Assembly: GCF_000341895.1 (NCBI RefSeq)
Contig: NC_020409.1
Span: 1,560,001 to 1,592,000, forward strand
Length of the DNA stretch: 32,000 nucleotides
Source of the DNA: Pseudodesulfovibrio piezophilus C1TLV30
Lineage (GTDB): Bacteria; Desulfobacterota; Desulfovibrionia; Desulfovibrionales; Desulfovibrionaceae
Reading direction: 5' to 3'
Both the position numbers and the translations under genes were made by a program. Shown in pieces: positions 8,831-15,759 of this stretch. Positions within the stretch are counted from its first letter, which is position 1. Every line of letters begins with the position of its first letter. The notes under the pieces are model-generated. The model was given only the letters and a program-made list of their open reading frames with translations, did no database searches and was not told where the DNA came from.

Positions 8831-10725
8831 TATAAAGCCCCTCCCAGCATGAGGACGATCAAAGCGACCGCCAGAGCGTTGAAGACCGGAGTAAGCTTGC
8901 CTTCTGCGAACAGCTCGCCCATGTACATGTTACTGGCGGCAAACGGCACGATAGAATTCATGGGACCAACATAGGCTCCGTCCTCGGCAGCATTGATCCC
9001 GCCAGTGTACGGAGGCATGACCCGGACCGTGCGAAACCCGGACGCGGCCTTGACCGCATAGAGCAATCCCAGACCCAGAATGATGAACAAAGGCACGACC
9101 GCAAATGAACCGGTCGCCGCATCAAGTGATCCGAAACTCATGGTAAACGGAGCAACATCAAACATTGGCGCTATCATGGAATTGTATATCCACGGAGAAG
9201 CAAGCGAGAGCACCACGGCTCCGACACACAGTATCGTCAGCGGCAGTCGAATCAAGGTCGCCTGTTTCTCTGCCGGTGCATCCGCATTGCGGGACGCCAT
9301 GAGCGAACCGCCCCAGCGTGCCCAGTAAACCACAGTCAGGGCCGATCCCATGGCCAGCATGACAATCACATAGATATTCGACGCACCAGCTTCAAGGGCC
9401 ATCCATTTCCCCATCAGCACACCAAACGGCGGCAGAAGCATGGTCAGGATGCCGATGATCGTGATCAGCGCGGTTCTGGGATGCTTGGCATAGAGACCTC
9501 GCATATCTTCGATATCACGTGATCCGATGGCCTGCTCAATGGTCCCGACGCACAGGAAGAGTAGAGACTTGGATATGGCGTGGAAGATGATCAGCATGAC
9601 TGCGGCGGTGATGGCGAGCGGTGTATTGATGCCAGCGCAACAGATGATCAATCCCAGATTGGAGACAGTGGAATACGCCAGAATCTTCTTCCCGTTGGAC
9701 TGGCCGATGGACAGGGCGGCACAGGCCATGAAAGTAAATGCGCCGCACACGGCCACACCGTCGGAGAGCAGTGTTCCTGCAAAAGCAGGAGCGAAACGAA
9801 GTATTACATAGACGCCCGCTTTGACCATGGTCGATGAGTGGAGCAAAGCCGAAACCGGGGTCGGTGCGACCATGGCACCGAGCAGCCAGCTCTGAAACGG
9901 AATCTGGGCAGCTTTGGTAAAGCCGGCAAGACAGAGAAAACCAACTCCGGTAACCATCAATGCCCCTTGAGGCCCCGCAGCCAGAAGAGCAGATATATCG
10001 AGAGTCCCGGCCTGCGCATAGACCAACATGGTGCCTATGACAAAGGCCAATCCTCCAAAAGAGTTCATCCACAATGCCCGCACTGAATTTCTGACGGCAA
10101 CCGGCGTTGCATCGTGCCCGATAAGCATGAATGAACACAGGGTGGTCACTTCGAAAAAGAAGTAGAGCCACATGATGTTATTGGCGAGGACCAAGCCGTT
10201 CATCGCTCCAAGAAAAAGGACCAGAAAGAAGAAGAACCGCGGCTGGCGAGACTTCTTCAGTTGTAAATGCTCCTCATGCTCTTTCATATAAGGGAGAGCA
10301 AAAATACAGATGAGCGAACCGATAACGGAAATAACCAACACCATGATCAGGGAGAGCTTATCTCCCACCAAAGCAGGGACATCCGCATGTTCGAGAACAA
10401 CACACTCGAACCACACGAGCAGCGCGGCCTGAGCCAACGTAAAAGCCTGGATCAAAACACTTTTGTGCTTATATCCATAATAGAAAATGACACCCAGCAA
10501 TGCGAAATCCAGAATCGTAACCAGAAAATCACTGCTGATGCCCAGGAATGAACCGACCGCAACCGGTTCAAAAGTTCCCTGGCCGAGCAACCCAAGCGAA
10601 GCGACCGCAAGGATTGCGCCAGTGGCAACGACTGTCAGTGTCCGAACGGCATGAGACCGAACGAAATAACAGACAGCTGCTGCAACCGCCGGCAAAAGAA
10701 CGAGAAGCAGAAGCAAATTCGACAT
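8830..10725 (-). CDS. echA: Ech hydrogenase antiporter-like membrane subunit (NuoL/MnhA-like)
   Basis: 631-aa polytopic hydrophobic protein and first gene of the cluster. GAGG SD 6 nt before the ATG. Confidence 0.85.
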   Translation of the reverse strand: MSNLLLLLVLLPAVAAAVCYFVRSHAVRTLTVVATGAILAVASLGLLGQGTFEPVAVGSFLGISSDFLVTILDFALLGVIFYYGYKHKSVLIQAFTLAQAALLVWFECVVLEHADVPALVGDKLSLIMVLVISVIGSLICIFALPYMKEHEEHLQLKKSRQPRFFFFLVLFLGAMNGLVLANNIMWLYFFFEVTTLCSFMLIGHDATPVAVRNSVRALWMNSFGGLAFVIGTMLVYAQAGTLDISALLAAGPQGALMVTGVGFLCLAGFTKAAQIPFQSWLLGAMVAPTPVSALLHSSTMVKAGVYVILRFAPAFAGTLLSDGVAVCGAFTFMACAALSIGQSNGKKILAYSTVSNLGLIICCAGINTPLAITAAVMLIIFHAISKSLLFLCVGTIEQAIGSRDIEDMRGLYAKHPRTALITIIGILTMLLPPFGVLMGKWMALEAGASNIYVIVMLAMGSALTVVYWARWGGSLMASRNADAPAEKQATLIRLPLTILCVGAVVLSLASPWIYNSMIAPMFDVAPFTMSFGSLDAATGSFAVVPLFIILGLGLLYAVKAASGFRTVRVMPPYTGGINAAEDGAYVGPMNSIVPFAASNMYMGELFAEGKLTPVFNALAVALIVLMLGGAL

Positions 10726-10774
10726 GATGACCTCGTTTCAGATGATTGAAGACGAGTACAACGAACACTCTAAA

Positions 10775-10795
10775 TCCGGATCACCTCCTTCCGGA
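10775..10795 (-). promoter_or_regulatory. Leader hairpin displaying a perfect extended Shine-Dalgarno sequence
   Basis: The - strand reads TCCGGA-AGGAGGTGA-TCCGGA. The 13-mer AAGGAGGTGATCC is the exact complement of the canonical 16S rRNA 3' end. It lies about 55-70 nt upstream of the echA ATG, and no AUG/GUG follows at SD distance. Confidence 0.4.
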
Positions 10796-10839
10796 AATAG
10801 CGTGCGAATGCACCTAACCCTTAGCCTAGTAAACAAGGG

Positions 10840-10868
10840 TCAATAGGTGAAGTATGGGGATAGGTCAA
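10840..10868 (-). promoter_or_regulatory. Candidate sigma70-type promoter of the ech operon
   Basis: The - strand reads TTGACC (10868..10863), a 17-nt spacer, then TATTGA (10845..10840). Both hexamers fall inside copies of the ATAGGTSAAG repeat. Confidence 0.3.
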
Positions 10869-10912
10869 GGGGGGGTAAAAAATTGTTTGATCAATCAACA
10901 CAATAGGTCAAG
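10843..10912. repeat. Three direct copies of ATAGGT(C/G)AAG upstream of echA
   Basis: Copies at 10843..10852 (ATAGGTGAAG), 10860..10869 and 10903..10912 (ATAGGTCAAG). Copies 1 and 3 share the longer CAATAGGTSAAGT. Confidence 0.6.
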
Positions 10913-11063
10913 TCTTTGGTATTTATATACTAACAGGTAACAGCGACAATATTGTAGTTATATTCCCGTATAAAAAGGTGGGAAATTTTGTGAATTTGTG
11001 TGCAAAAAATCGGGTCAGGACTATTTCCCGAATGCGTAAAATTGAAAAAGGCGATACTTCACA

Positions 11064-11747
11064 TTAGAAATATCCCAGGCTGGTGAGGGTCTCCATGACA
11101 CGTTCCTTGGCCTGATCTCGCCCCGAACGTTCTTCGGCTCCCTCTCCCGGCTTGGTGGTACAAGGCTGACAACCGAGCGATCGGTATCCCCTTTCATACA
11201 ATTCACAAAAAGGGAGATTAAATCTGGAATGAAAAGCCCAAATATCCATCTCTGTCCACTCAAGAATGGGATTGACCATGACATGGTCAGGTCGAGTGCG
11301 AACCTCAAATTCCTTACGACCTGCCCGATCGGGGTGCTCATCACGTCTGATACCCGTCAGCAGATGGGTTGCGGCCTGATCTCGAATTGCCTGTTGAAGC
11401 GGCTCGACCTTGAGTTCACGGCAACATGACACAGGATCGACAGCCAGAGGGTAGTCTTTCAGAACAATGTTTGGCCGAGCTATAGTCAAGTCAACGTCCC
11501 ATTCAACAGCAAGTCTATCTCGAAAAGCGATGATTTCTGTGAACTTACACCCAGTATCCAAATTAATGGCCCGAACTGATCCCCGGCCGCCATGTGCCAT
11601 GACAGCCCGCCATATGAACAGGACCACTGTTGAATCCTTGCCACCGGTCCAAGCCACCTGCACTGCACCCGGTGCGGCAGAGGTTGCAACTTCGAGCAGA
11701 ATCGCTTCAGTTGCCTCTATTTTCTTCTCCAAAGTCATATCAGACAT
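11064..11747 (-). CDS. PAPS/APS reductase-family PP-loop protein (CysH-like, no C-terminal ECGLH)
   Basis: PP-loop AWTGGKDSTVVLF, CCRELKVEPL, and GYRSLGCQPCT near the C-terminus. The start is uncertain: ATG 11747 with a GAGG SD, or GTG 11783. Confidence 0.8.
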   Translation of the reverse strand: MSDMTLEKKIEATEAILLEVATSAAPGAVQVAWTGGKDSTVVLFIWRAVMAHGGRGSVRAINLDTGCKFTEIIAFRDRLAVEWDVDLTIARPNIVLKDYPLAVDPVSCCRELKVEPLQQAIRDQAATHLLTGIRRDEHPDRAGRKEFEVRTRPDHVMVNPILEWTEMDIWAFHSRFNLPFCELYERGYRSLGCQPCTTKPGEGAEERSGRDQAKERVMETLTSLGYF

Positions 11748-11797
11748 CAAGACCTCGTCTTCCGTAATTCTGAAGTACACCACTTGTTATAATTGCC

Positions 11798-12259
11798 ATG
11801 ATCAGAAAGAAGACCTACCGTCCATCCATGAGCAATGACAACATGAAAATCATCGAAGACCTCGTGATCAACGAGGAGTTCTGCATACTGGCCACCTCTA
11901 ATGGAATAGAACCATGGACCTCACTCATGACGTTTTTCGCAGACCATGCAGCCATGAAGTTTTACTTTCTTTCACACAAGAATTCGCAAAAGAGCAAAAA
12001 TATCAAAAGAAATCCTCATGTCGCCATCCATATTGATAGAAGGGAACACAATCTTTCACTCACCATCGCTGGAGTGTACTCTCCAATCAAAAAGCAGCAA
12101 ACTGCGGAAGCAATAAAACATCTTATTCCAATTAAACATCCTGAATTAAAGGATTTTATAGAAGACGACAATGTTGAATTAATTCGAATCCAGGGACAAA
12201 ATGCACAATTGATGCACGGATTTTCCGATAAATTTGAAATAAAATTAAAGAATTCCTAA
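11798..12259 (+). CDS. Pyridoxamine 5'-phosphate oxidase-family (general stress protein 26-like) FMN-binding protein
   Basis: FCILATSNGIEPWTSLMTFFADHAAMKFYFLSHKNSQKSKNIKRNPHVAIHI matches the split-barrel PNPOx-like pattern. Visibly more AT-rich than its neighbours. Internal ATGs at 11828 and 11843 are alternative starts. Confidence 0.65.
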   Translation: MIRKKTYRPSMSNDNMKIIEDLVINEEFCILATSNGIEPWTSLMTFFADHAAMKFYFLSHKNSQKSKNIKRNPHVAIHIDRREHNLSLTIAGVYSPIKKQQTAEAIKHLIPIKHPELKDFIEDDNVELIRIQGQNAQLMHGFSDKFEIKLKNS

Positions 12260-12267
12260 AAAACTTC

Positions 12268-12296
12268 TTGACGGGAAAAGCCCCTGAGCATAAATA
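12268..12296 (+). promoter_or_regulatory. Sigma70-type promoter for tRNA-Arg
   Basis: TTGACG (12268..12273), an exact 17-nt spacer, then TAAATA (12291..12296). The mature tRNA 5' end lies 14 nt downstream. Confidence 0.6.
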
Positions 12297-12309
12297 GTTC
12301 TTCCACCGC

Positions 12310-12386
12310 GCGCCCGTGGCTCAGCTGGATAGAGCATTCGGCTACGAACCGAAAGGTCGCACGTTCGAATCGTGCCGGGCGCACCA
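12310..12386 (+). tRNA. tRNA-Arg (anticodon ACG)
   Basis: 77 nt, folded by hand into a full cloverleaf. Acceptor GCGCCCG/CGGGCGC, D arm GCTC/GAGC, anticodon stem TTCGG/CCGAA with loop CTACGAA, T arm GCACG-TTCGAAT-CGTGC, discriminator A, and encoded CCA. Confidence 0.95.
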
Positions 12387-12394
12387 GCGAAAAT

Positions 12395-12428
12395 AAGCCT
12401 TCCATCTCCATGATGGAAGGCTTTTTTC
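12395..12428 (+). terminator. Rho-independent terminator after tRNA-Arg
   Basis: AAGCCTTCCATC-tccat-GATGGAAGGCTT followed by TTTTTCT. Confidence 0.85.
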
Positions 12429-12547
12429 TCGTCCAAAAAAACCACTTTACGGGCATATAAAATCGATAATTCCTTCAATTTATTCATTTTTCAAAAAAAC
12501 CATTCTCAGACTACCCTCGTCTTCCCTTTTTTGCTAAGACTCCTGCC

Positions 12548-12799
12548 ATGAAATGTAACAAATGTGGAACGGTCAACAAATCTACAGCAACGCATTGCAA
12601 AAAATGCCACATCCGATTTATTCGGCAAAGCGATAAGATAGCCCGAAAGGTCATCCTCTCACCACGCATAGCTATGGTATGTGGTTGCTTCCTTCTCATA
12701 CTCGGGGCCATACTGCTTTCCAATGATATCGACGCTTTTGCCACGGTGACATGCATTACCGGAGCCGCACTTCTCGCAATTGGCGTCCTTTCCAGCTAG
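12548..12799 (+). CDS. Hypothetical zinc-ribbon membrane protein (83 aa)
   Basis: N-terminal CNKCG...CKKCH zinc-ribbon pattern followed by two hydrophobic segments. No clear SD. Confidence 0.45.
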   Translation: MKCNKCGTVNKSTATHCKKCHIRFIRQSDKIARKVILSPRIAMVCGCFLLILGAILLSNDIDAFATVTCITGAALLAIGVLSS

Positions 12800-13140
12800 C
12801 ATACATCAAATTCCTTCCTGATATCAGTAGAAATCGTTTCACGAAAAATGCACCAGGACATCTTCATTTCGAAGTCCTGATGCATTCTTCATCATTCATT
12901 GTGACAGCCCGACTCTCCTCCTTAAGGAGCAGAGAAGTGTGCTGCCTTGAACAAAAGCCTGCTTAACGCAACGGGCTTGGCAGAAGATGAGTTGAAAATG
13001 GAAGCCTGACCATGACAGCCTCAGAAAGAATGCACAAGAGAACGAAGCTCCCACAGTGAACCCTGCCACGTCCGTCCTCCAGGCCCCCACATGGCTCCAA
13101 CGCTTCATGTGGAAGCCGCCACAGTGACCTGAGGCTCAAT

Positions 13141-14892
13141 CTAGTAGAGCGACAGATCTTCCCGTTGTGCTAACCCGCCTGCCGTAAAAGTCATGGACCC
13201 CAAATCTCCAAATGTCGTGGCCTGACGAACGGTCAGTTTGAGTGGCTTGGCATATTCTACAGAGAATGGTTTGCCTATCTGTAAAGGGATATCCCCGGCT
13301 GTTGCCATGAGCTTGTCACCAGGACCATTACTCCATGCGTCTTCAAGAATATATTCACCAACCGGCAAATGATAGTTGCCACCGGCACTCCATGGAACAA
13401 GAAGCGACTGTCCCTGCTTATCGGCAAGGCGCAGTGCCAAGACTGTTCTTGGAGCTATATCAATCGAAAAAGAAGCACTGGGAGCACCGGGCGTTTCGCG
13501 GACGACCCTGTACCGGACAGACCCCTTCCTGTCTGATTTGAGACTATATCTCGACAGGAAATTCCCGGGATCAAGAATGATCTCCCAGCCCATATCCTGC
13601 CCATTATTAGCCCATGGGATAGCCACAAAACCCTTGAGATTGACAACTTCCTGCCGATGACTGCCCCAAATACCTTCCAGAATCAGTTGGTCCCCCAGAA
13701 CGGTATGCAGTACCTCACCGTCTCGGACAAAAATTGGATTGCCATTGAGCCAACAGACAAAAACGGGTTTGTCGCTCTTGGTAGACGCAGGCATTTTCCC
13801 TGTCCAATGGACGCGAGTCCGTGCCACTCGTTTCCCATCGCTTCGCAATTCCAATTCTGAAAAAGGCTCCAAGGCCATGCGCTTGGCCTGCATCAGATTC
13901 ACTCCGGGGCGATCTGATGCAAAAAGCGCGAGTTCAGGAGCAAATTCCCTGGCCCCGGCAGAGACACGCTCCACAGCGAGAGTGGACCCTGGAGCAAGGT
14001 CGATGGTGGAATCGGACTGCAACAGTCGACCGTTCACACGAACCTGGATTCCCTTTCGCGCATACGCTCTAATATCTTTATTGCTGAACTTCGGAGGAAT
14101 AACCTGCACACCGAAACGATTGAGGAGCATGATCGTGGCTGTCAACTGCTGCCGTACCTTCCATCCTATTTGCCGAATATCCTTGCTGACTTCAACGGCC
14201 ATAGCCGGGATACCATGTTCAGCCAAGGCATAGCAGGTAAGGGATTTTCGCATCTCCGGATAGCTGGTTCCCTTATCAAAGGTTCGTGTATTGAACAGCT
14301 TGAATTGGTAATCAGATGTTCCGATGGAACTGTTGAGTTCATTCAAGACCGAATTGACCGTATGGGCAAGATCGATCTGCTTGTAGACAAGAGTATCGAC
14401 AATGATCGACTGCCCATACCGTTTTGGATTGCGCAGCTTGTCAACATAGGTCGGATTGTAAAAACCACTCCCCTCGTGCAGATGGATAAAAGCGCTGCTC
14501 TGAGCCAGGAGGAAACGAATGACCCGAGCGACCCTGTCTTCGTAAAAACGGTTGTAATTCCTGTCAAAACGCCGGTTCATATCCACATTGATCTGCCGTT
14601 TATGCAGATTGATGGAGGGAACATTGGCTCGGGGCAGAATGATCAGGTTGCCACGAGTCACTTTGGCCTGAGTGAGCAACTGAGCCGTAACAAATCCAGA
14701 CGTTTCATCCCCCTGGATGCCCCCCTGAACCATAATTGTCGGACCAGGTATATCCCCTTCCAAGTAGACGACCTTCAGGGGATATTGTGTACCATTAAAA
14801 AAGGACTGCTCCCAGGAATCGGCGCTCGCACATGGAGCCAAGCCCATTATAGCCAAGCAAAAAATCAATATTTGGAAAAGGATGCGTCTCAT
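13141..14892 (-). CDS. Secreted M14-fold carboxypeptidase-like protein (Csd4/Pgp1-like Gln-Glu-His site) with a long beta-rich C-terminal extension
   Basis: The start is set at ATG 14892 (GGAG SD; MRRILFQILIFCLAIMGLAPCASA signal peptide) rather than the ORF-track start at 14964. GGIQGDETSG replaces the usual GG.HG.E..G, and IHLHEGSG supplies the distal His 79 residues after the Gln. Confidence 0.75.
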   Translation of the reverse strand: MRRILFQILIFCLAIMGLAPCASADSWEQSFFNGTQYPLKVVYLEGDIPGPTIMVQGGIQGDETSGFVTAQLLTQAKVTRGNLIILPRANVPSINLHKRQINVDMNRRFDRNYNRFYEDRVARVIRFLLAQSSAFIHLHEGSGFYNPTYVDKLRNPKRYGQSIIVDTLVYKQIDLAHTVNSVLNELNSSIGTSDYQFKLFNTRTFDKGTSYPEMRKSLTCYALAEHGIPAMAVEVSKDIRQIGWKVRQQLTATIMLLNRFGVQVIPPKFSNKDIRAYARKGIQVRVNGRLLQSDSTIDLAPGSTLAVERVSAGAREFAPELALFASDRPGVNLMQAKRMALEPFSELELRSDGKRVARTRVHWTGKMPASTKSDKPVFVCWLNGNPIFVRDGEVLHTVLGDQLILEGIWGSHRQEVVNLKGFVAIPWANNGQDMGWEIILDPGNFLSRYSLKSDRKGSVRYRVVRETPGAPSASFSIDIAPRTVLALRLADKQGQSLLVPWSAGGNYHLPVGEYILEDAWSNGPGDKLMATAGDIPLQIGKPFSVEYAKPLKLTVRQATTFGDLGSMTFTAGGLAQREDLSLY

Positions 14893-14911
14893 AGAAGTAC
14901 TCCTGACCTTT

Positions 14912-14940
14912 CCTATACAGCCAAGCGGTACAACTGTCGA
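14912..14940 (-). promoter_or_regulatory. Candidate internal promoter for the carboxypeptidase-like gene
   Basis: The - strand reads TCGACA (14940..14935), a 17-nt spacer, then TATAGG (14917..14912), about 20 nt upstream of the SD. Confidence 0.3.
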
Positions 14941-14962
14941 GAAAGGGTGATATGCACAGCAC

Positions 14963-15009
14963 AAAAAAAGACCAGATATCCATACGATCGTTCCGTATGG
15001 AAGGCTGGC
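14963..15009 (-). terminator. Terminator/attenuator-like hairpin between the coiled-coil gene and the carboxypeptidase-like gene
   Basis: The - strand reads GCCAGCCTTCCATACG-gaacgat-CGTATGGATATCTGGT (core 7-bp perfect stem CCATACG/CGTATGG), followed by C and TTTTTTT. Confidence 0.5.
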
Positions 15010-15051
15010 CCGACTCTTCCGACCAAAAGGCCGATACCGTCCGTCAATGAA

Positions 15052-15759
15052 TCAAGAAAGGATGTGATAGAAAGGATATGTCTCGGCAAAGATAACATCA
15101 CCGTCCTTCCCCTTGATTTCAAGCCTCAACCCGAAGAGGTCTTTCTGCTCCAACCCTTCAGGGAGGGAAAAAGTCGTTTGGATACGCTTGAATCGCTGAA
15201 TCTGAAAACCCAGATCACTTCTTTTGACTTTGGCCTCGACGAGAGAACCATCCTTGCGGACAAAATCAATATCCCCCTCTCCGATGACAGCTTTGGAGGA
15301 CTGAAGGTTATTCAACTCGAAACTGACACTGACCTTGCGTTTGGCAATGCGGGCCTGAATATTTTCAACTCCGACCTGTTGCGTATCGACCCGAACAAAC
15401 ACCTTGTTAAGATCCACCTCGACCCGCTCCACCTGCTTTCGCTCGACTTCACTGGTTGCAGCAGAGAGCAGCGATTGCAATTCGGCAGGATCATAGGATT
15501 GGAGGATTTTCTCCATATTGCCGAGGCGCTCCAATCGGACCTCGGCATCGGCAAGCCGTTGTTCCAAGGCTTTGTTCTCACCTTGGAGAGTTCGGTTGAT
15601 CCTAAAGCCGCGGACGCCCATGTAGAACCCTCCAGCGGCACAGATAAAAAGAAATATTTGTATGAATACAAACATCTTGAGCCAAAAGGGACTGACACGG
15701 TACCGGGTCACGTCTCGATCGTCCCTCATGAAGAGCACGCTGTATTTTGAATCGCTCAT
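15052..15759 (-). CDS. Bitopic membrane coiled-coil protein (resembles the N-terminal, non-catalytic part of membrane-anchored M23 peptidases)
   Basis: N-terminus SVLFMRDDRDVTRYRVSPFWLKMFVFIQIFLFICAAGGFY (one TM), then a heptad-like region NKALEQRLADAEVRLERLGNMEKIL, then a beta-rich C-terminus. No peptidase motifs. ATGA overlap with the upstream gene. Confidence 0.65.
   Translation of the reverse strand: MSDSKYSVLFMRDDRDVTRYRVSPFWLKMFVFIQIFLFICAAGGFYMGVRGFRINRTLQGENKALEQRLADAEVRLERLGNMEKILQSYDPAELQSLLSAATSEVERKQVERVEVDLNKVFVRVDTQQVGVENIQARIAKRKVSVSFELNNLQSSKAVIGEGDIDFVRKDGSLVEAKVKRSDLGFQIQRFKRIQTTFSLPEGLEQKDLFGLRLEIKGKDGDVIFAETYPFYHILS

Noticed and set aside
10778-10790. The + strand reads GGATCACCTCCTT, identical to the 3' terminus of 16S rRNA, raising the possibility of an rRNA gene end.
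   Set aside because: The flanking sequence shows no other 16S features, and it sits in the ech leader. It is interpreted instead as an extended SD on the - strand (see findings).
10988-11005. TTGTGA-N6-GTGCAA upstream of ech, resembling a CRP/FNR (HcpR-type) TTGTGA-N6-TCACAA site.
   Set aside because: Only the left half-site matches; the right half matches 3 of 6 positions. It is also about 150 bp upstream of the candidate promoter.
11798-13140. Possible genomic island at tRNA-Arg, suggested by AT-rich flanks on both sides.
   Set aside because: No integrase or recombinase is present. I could find no direct repeat of the tRNA 3' end downstream, and only small housekeeping-like or hypothetical ORFs occur here.
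14170-15750. A very long (526-aa) + strand ORF, antisense to the carboxypeptidase-like and coiled-coil genes and spanning their intergenic region.
   Set aside because: Its product has no recognisable motifs. It runs straight through the - strand SD, signal-peptide region and hairpin/T-tract. The - strand products have clear family motifs and sensible starts. A long shadow ORF opposite real genes is the simplest explanation.
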